From: Campylobacterota bacterium
GTDB taxonomy: Bacteria; Campylobacterota; Campylobacteria; Campylobacterales; Sulfurimonadaceae
Length of the DNA stretch: 39,630 nucleotides
Direction of reading: 5' to 3'
NCBI GenBank assembly: GCA_034717975.1
Contig: JAYEMF010000089.1
Location: 1 to 39,630, forward strand
Shown: piece by piece, positions 36,559 through 39,630 of the stretch
Position numbering within the stretch: the stretch's first letter is position 1
How the letters are laid out: the number at the start of each line of letters is the position of its first letter
Made by a program: the position numbers and the translations under genes
Notes under the pieces: model-generated
Told to the model about the DNA's origin: nothing
What the model saw: the letters and a program-made list of their open reading frames with translations, nothing else
Database searches by the model: none

Positions 36559-37130
36559 AGCACACCCTTGGTACTTGGTACGGCTACACGGTCATTTTTG
36601 GCCAAAGCACGACGCAGTGCAACGGCCAGTGCTTTAAAAGCGCCCTCAACAATATGGTGCTTGTTTCTGCCCCGTTCCATGACAATGTGTGCTGTAATGC
36701 CTGCATTGAAGATAAAGGCGCGGAAAAACTCTTCGGCCAGCTCTGCATCAAACGTGCCGATCTTCCCGGATACCGGTACATCATAGACGAGGAATGGACG
36801 ATTGCTCAGGTCAAGGTCACAACGTAAAAGTGCCTCATCCATAACGATACCGGCAGATCCGAAACGTTCTACTTTCTCAATAGGATACATGGCTTCATTT
36901 AACACTTGACCCAGAACAATACCCACATCTTCTACGCTATGGTGGTCATCTATATGCGTGTCACCCTTGCAGCTGACCTCGAGATCGATCAGTGAGTGCT
37001 TGGAAAAGCTCTCCAGCATATGGTCAAAAAACCCTACTCCGGTCTCAACAGTGCTCTTTCCCGTTCCGTCAAGATCGAGTTTTATCGTGATATCGGTCTC
37101 TTTTGTTTTTCGGCTTTTTTCTATAATCAT
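36555..37130 (-). CDS. hisB: Imidazoleglycerol-phosphate dehydratase
   Basis: RKTKETDI, FFDHML, DDHHSVED, NKHHIVE and PSTKG motifs. Confidence 0.97.
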   Translation of the reverse strand: MIIEKSRKTKETDITIKLDLDGTGKSTVETGVGFFDHMLESFSKHSLIDLEVSCKGDTHIDDHHSVEDVGIVLGQVLNEAMYPIEKVERFGSAGIVMDEALLRCDLDLSNRPFLVYDVPVSGKIGTFDAELAEEFFRAFIFNAGITAHIVMERGRNKHHIVEGAFKALAVALRRALAKNDRVAVPSTKGVL

Positions 37131-37132
37131 AA

Positions 37133-37906
37133 TTATTCCCTTACTATAAATGCGTATTCAAAGAGGCCTGAGTCTTTAAAGTCGCGCGCCTCATCTTCAC
37201 TTTTAAAGCCTGTCATCCATACCCTGAAAAGCCGTTCACTGCCATTGCCGGTATCTTTGATAATGGAACGGTAACCCTCTGTGTTGTCATATTTCTCTTG
37301 AGTGGTTATCGCACCTTCGATGCGTGAGAATGAGCCGATCTGCACAGAATAAGAAGAGATGACTTTTAAAGCCGGACCTTTTTTCAGTGTTTTAATATCA
37401 GATATCTTTGTAGCACCGTCACGTTCAAAGCCCAGTATCTCCAGCTCTACTGAAGCAGTTCCTGTGCCAACCATATCTATTTTTCTGGCAGCTGCATTAG
37501 AGAGGTCAATGATCCGTGTTCCGACAAATGGTCCCCGGTCGTTGATGCGGACGATTGCAACGCGTCCATTGCCTCGGTGTGTCACTTTAACGATGGTATT
37601 CATTGGCAGCGTTTTATGCGCAGCGGTCATCTCGTACATATCATACGTTTCGCCATTGGATGTTTTTTTACCGTTAAAGTTCGGCCCGTACCAGCTGGCT
37701 TTGCCATAAAACTTTTCACCACTTTGCACCACTGTCGGATAGTAACGCTTGCCAAAAACCGTATAGGGACGCATGGTCGCTTTATTGTAACGCTTCTTTG
37801 AGCTCTTTTTATAGGTTGATTTACCTGAAGAGTATGAAGATGTTTTTCTTGTGCTGCACCCTGTCATGAATAAGAGTGCAGTAATTAGTACGAAAATTTT
37901 AATCAT
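37133..37906 (-). CDS. rlpA: Septal ring lytic transglycosylase RlpA lipoprotein (DPBB + SPOR)
   Basis: Lipobox MTGC, ASWYG, TAAHKTLP, RINDRGP and a C-terminal SPOR (YSVQIGSF). Confidence 0.95.
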   Translation of the reverse strand: MIKIFVLITALLFMTGCSTRKTSSYSSGKSTYKKSSKKRYNKATMRPYTVFGKRYYPTVVQSGEKFYGKASWYGPNFNGKKTSNGETYDMYEMTAAHKTLPMNTIVKVTHRGNGRVAIVRINDRGPFVGTRIIDLSNAAARKIDMVGTGTASVELEILGFERDGATKISDIKTLKKGPALKVISSYSVQIGSFSRIEGAITTQEKYDNTEGYRSIIKDTGNGSERLFRVWMTGFKSEDEARDFKDSGLFEYAFIVRE

Positions 37907-39119
37907 GTATTGTTAATGCCTCGCCAATTCTAATAATATCGGATGTCATATGATTCATCTGCTTGATCTGTCGCACACTGACATGAAACTGTTTTGCTAT
38001 CGACAAGAGCGAATCCCCCCTCTTGACAACATAGTTACGATGTGTTTTCGGCGGTATCTTTCGTGTCGGTATGATAAGTTTTTGATTAAGACTCAGCATA
38101 GAGGTTTTTAGATTATTGAAGTCTTTGATCATCTTGTACGGGACGTTGTATTTTTTGCCAAGGTAGGAGAGATTGTCACCGGATTTAACTTTGTGCACAA
38201 CGTAGATTTGACCCAATGGTGCCGGTTTATACTTCTGTTTAAATTCAGTCAGTTTGACAAAAGGGATATAAACATCATAGCCCTTCTCATACGGTGGCAT
38301 AAAATCATATTTCAGATGACTGTTGAGCTTTTTGAGATCCTTGAATGGCATATCGAGGAGCTTTGCAACACGTGAAAGTTTTTCACCCCTGGCAAGTTTG
38401 ACAGTCGCCAGGGAGTAGGCATTGGCACGATTTAGAAGATAATCATATTCGGCATCGATCATGTAGGATTCGTCACTGCCAAGCAGAGCCAGTGCTACGA
38501 TCTTACGGATATAAAAACGGCTCTCTCTCGGAATATACTTTCGTTTTGGATCGAGCAGAACAGCGAGGTCATCGCTGCCGGCTTTTTTGATTGCGCGAGA
38601 GAGCCTCCCCTCTCCACAGTTGTAGGCAAGGGCAGCCAGATACCATTTCCCGAATTTTTTGTGCAGATAGGAGAGATATTTTACGGCTGCATCGGTTGAT
38701 TTGATGAGATCTCGTCGTTCATCGACGTATTCATCGATTTTGAGCCCATACATCTTTCCGGTTCCAGGCATAAACTGCCACAGTCCTGAAGCGCTCTTTT
38801 TTGAATAGGCTTTCAGTGAAAAGTTGGACTCTGCCATCGCAAGAAAAAGAAATTCGGCAGGCATGCCTGAATCAGTCAGGATCTGCTTGACAGTCGGAAT
38901 AAAGAGGTAAGCTTCATCCATCGCTTTGAAAAAGTGCTGTTTCTGATATTTGGTCTCTTTTTGTGCTTTCATACGAATCAAGACAGGATCATTAAGGAAA
39001 TAGGGATTGATATCGAAAGATTTTAGAAGGGCGACCTCTTTGTTGTGATTGCTATCAAATGTGAGTGCACCAAAGAGCATAGCGGGCATCAATAACAGTG
39101 TAAAAATGAGTTGTTTCAT
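37899..39119 (-). CDS. mltD: Lytic murein transglycosylase D with two LysM domains
   Basis: MAES, GLWQFM, DERRD and AYNCGEG motifs. LysM starts HKVKSGD and YVVKRGD. Confidence 0.92.
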   Translation of the reverse strand: MKQLIFTLLLMPAMLFGALTFDSNHNKEVALLKSFDINPYFLNDPVLIRMKAQKETKYQKQHFFKAMDEAYLFIPTVKQILTDSGMPAEFLFLAMAESNFSLKAYSKKSASGLWQFMPGTGKMYGLKIDEYVDERRDLIKSTDAAVKYLSYLHKKFGKWYLAALAYNCGEGRLSRAIKKAGSDDLAVLLDPKRKYIPRESRFYIRKIVALALLGSDESYMIDAEYDYLLNRANAYSLATVKLARGEKLSRVAKLLDMPFKDLKKLNSHLKYDFMPPYEKGYDVYIPFVKLTEFKQKYKPAPLGQIYVVHKVKSGDNLSYLGKKYNVPYKMIKDFNNLKTSMLSLNQKLIIPTRKIPPKTHRNYVVKRGDSLLSIAKQFHVSVRQIKQMNHMTSDIIRIGEALTIHD

Positions 39120-39143
39120 CAGCTCTCCTGAAAAAAGTTATCT

Positions 39144-39152
39144 ATTTTACCA
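39144..39152 (-). promoter_or_regulatory. Extended -10 promoter for the mltD operon
   Basis: TG-G-TAAAAT on the minus strand, upstream of SD AGGAG. Confidence 0.6.
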
Positions 39153-39223
39153 AAAAAGTTGTTATAAGCGATTAAAGCGCCCCTTTCCGTCAGTTCAATA
39201 TGATGGGAAGAAGACTGATATTA

Positions 39224-39512
39224 GGGCACCTCTAAAAACCCTGGATATCATCAGCGTTACATACATTTTCGTGATCAAGGCAGGTTCTTGTCAGCGTAGC
39301 AGGGCTACGGTGGCAAGGTTCTAACGCAGACTCACGGACATGTATGTAACGCCCTTCGGGAGGGCAAATAAGGCACAATCTTCCGTCCTAAAATCTCTTG
39401 CACCCAAGGGCAGGCTTCGCACATTTACCTATGGGTAGTCCTTCAAGATTTTAAAACGAAATCTTGCACCTTCTTTGCCCTCTGATGATATCCAGGGTTT
39501 TTAGAGGTGCCC
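39224..39512 (-). mobile_element. MITE-like structured repeat, copy 3 (complete, inverted, 289 bp)
   Basis: Reverse complement of copy 2 except one substitution (39447) and AA replaced by 24 nt at 39401-39424. Confidence 0.92.
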
Positions 39513-39513
39513 T

Positions 39514-39630
39514 TTATAAAATATCAAACAGTTTTTTAGCATTGCCGGTTGTTAGAGTTGAGATGGATTGCAGGTCGCTATCAAGGAGTTCAGCCATCTT
39601 TTCAGCTATAAGGACGGTATATAGCGGTTC
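39514..39630 (-). CDS. tatD: TatD family hydrolase, 3' end (truncated by window)
   Basis: My translation gives EPLYTVLIAEKMAELL...TTGNAKKLFDIL*, a typical TatD C-terminus. Matches the usual tatD-mltD order. Confidence 0.8.
   Translation of the reverse strand, partial: EPLYTVLIAEKMAELLDSDLQSISTLTTGNAKKLFDIL

Noticed and set aside
1..39512. Repeat copies as ends of a composite transposon or island, and their roughly 20-kb spacing as periodicity
   Set aside because: The intervening genes are housekeeping genes in conserved order, copy 2 has its own candidate TSD, and two intervals (about 20.6 and 18.8 kb) cannot establish periodicity.

Overview
A chromosomal backbone segment from a Campylobacterota bacterium, probably a free-living Sulfurimonas/Sulfurovum-like lineage. 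The basis is the gltX2-yggT-slt-mobB-fbp-metG and tatD-mltD-rlpA-hisB-kdsC-lptC-lptA-yihA-mrdA gene orders plus TGnTAAAAT-type promoters. It holds about 40 CDSs, one tRNA-Glu(UUC) and one probable pseudogene. The main unexplained structure is a non-coding 267-bp element present three times (1-123 truncated, 20463-20729, and 39224-39512 inverted). It has perfect 31-bp terminal inverted repeats and an interior that folds into a four-way junction with no linker bases: two ~98-nt arms and a cGAAg mini-hairpin. One copy carries a nested 24-nt insert, and no transposase is in the window. Other notable items are a GlnRS-YqeY fusion directly upstream of a GluRS2 whose catalytic motifs have drifted, a hybrid histidine kinase whose only sensor looks like a SPOR (peptidoglycan-binding) domain, a receiver/ribbon-helix-helix regulator, and two back-to-back leaderless promoters. 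All calls come from reading motifs by eye. No database search or folding program was run.
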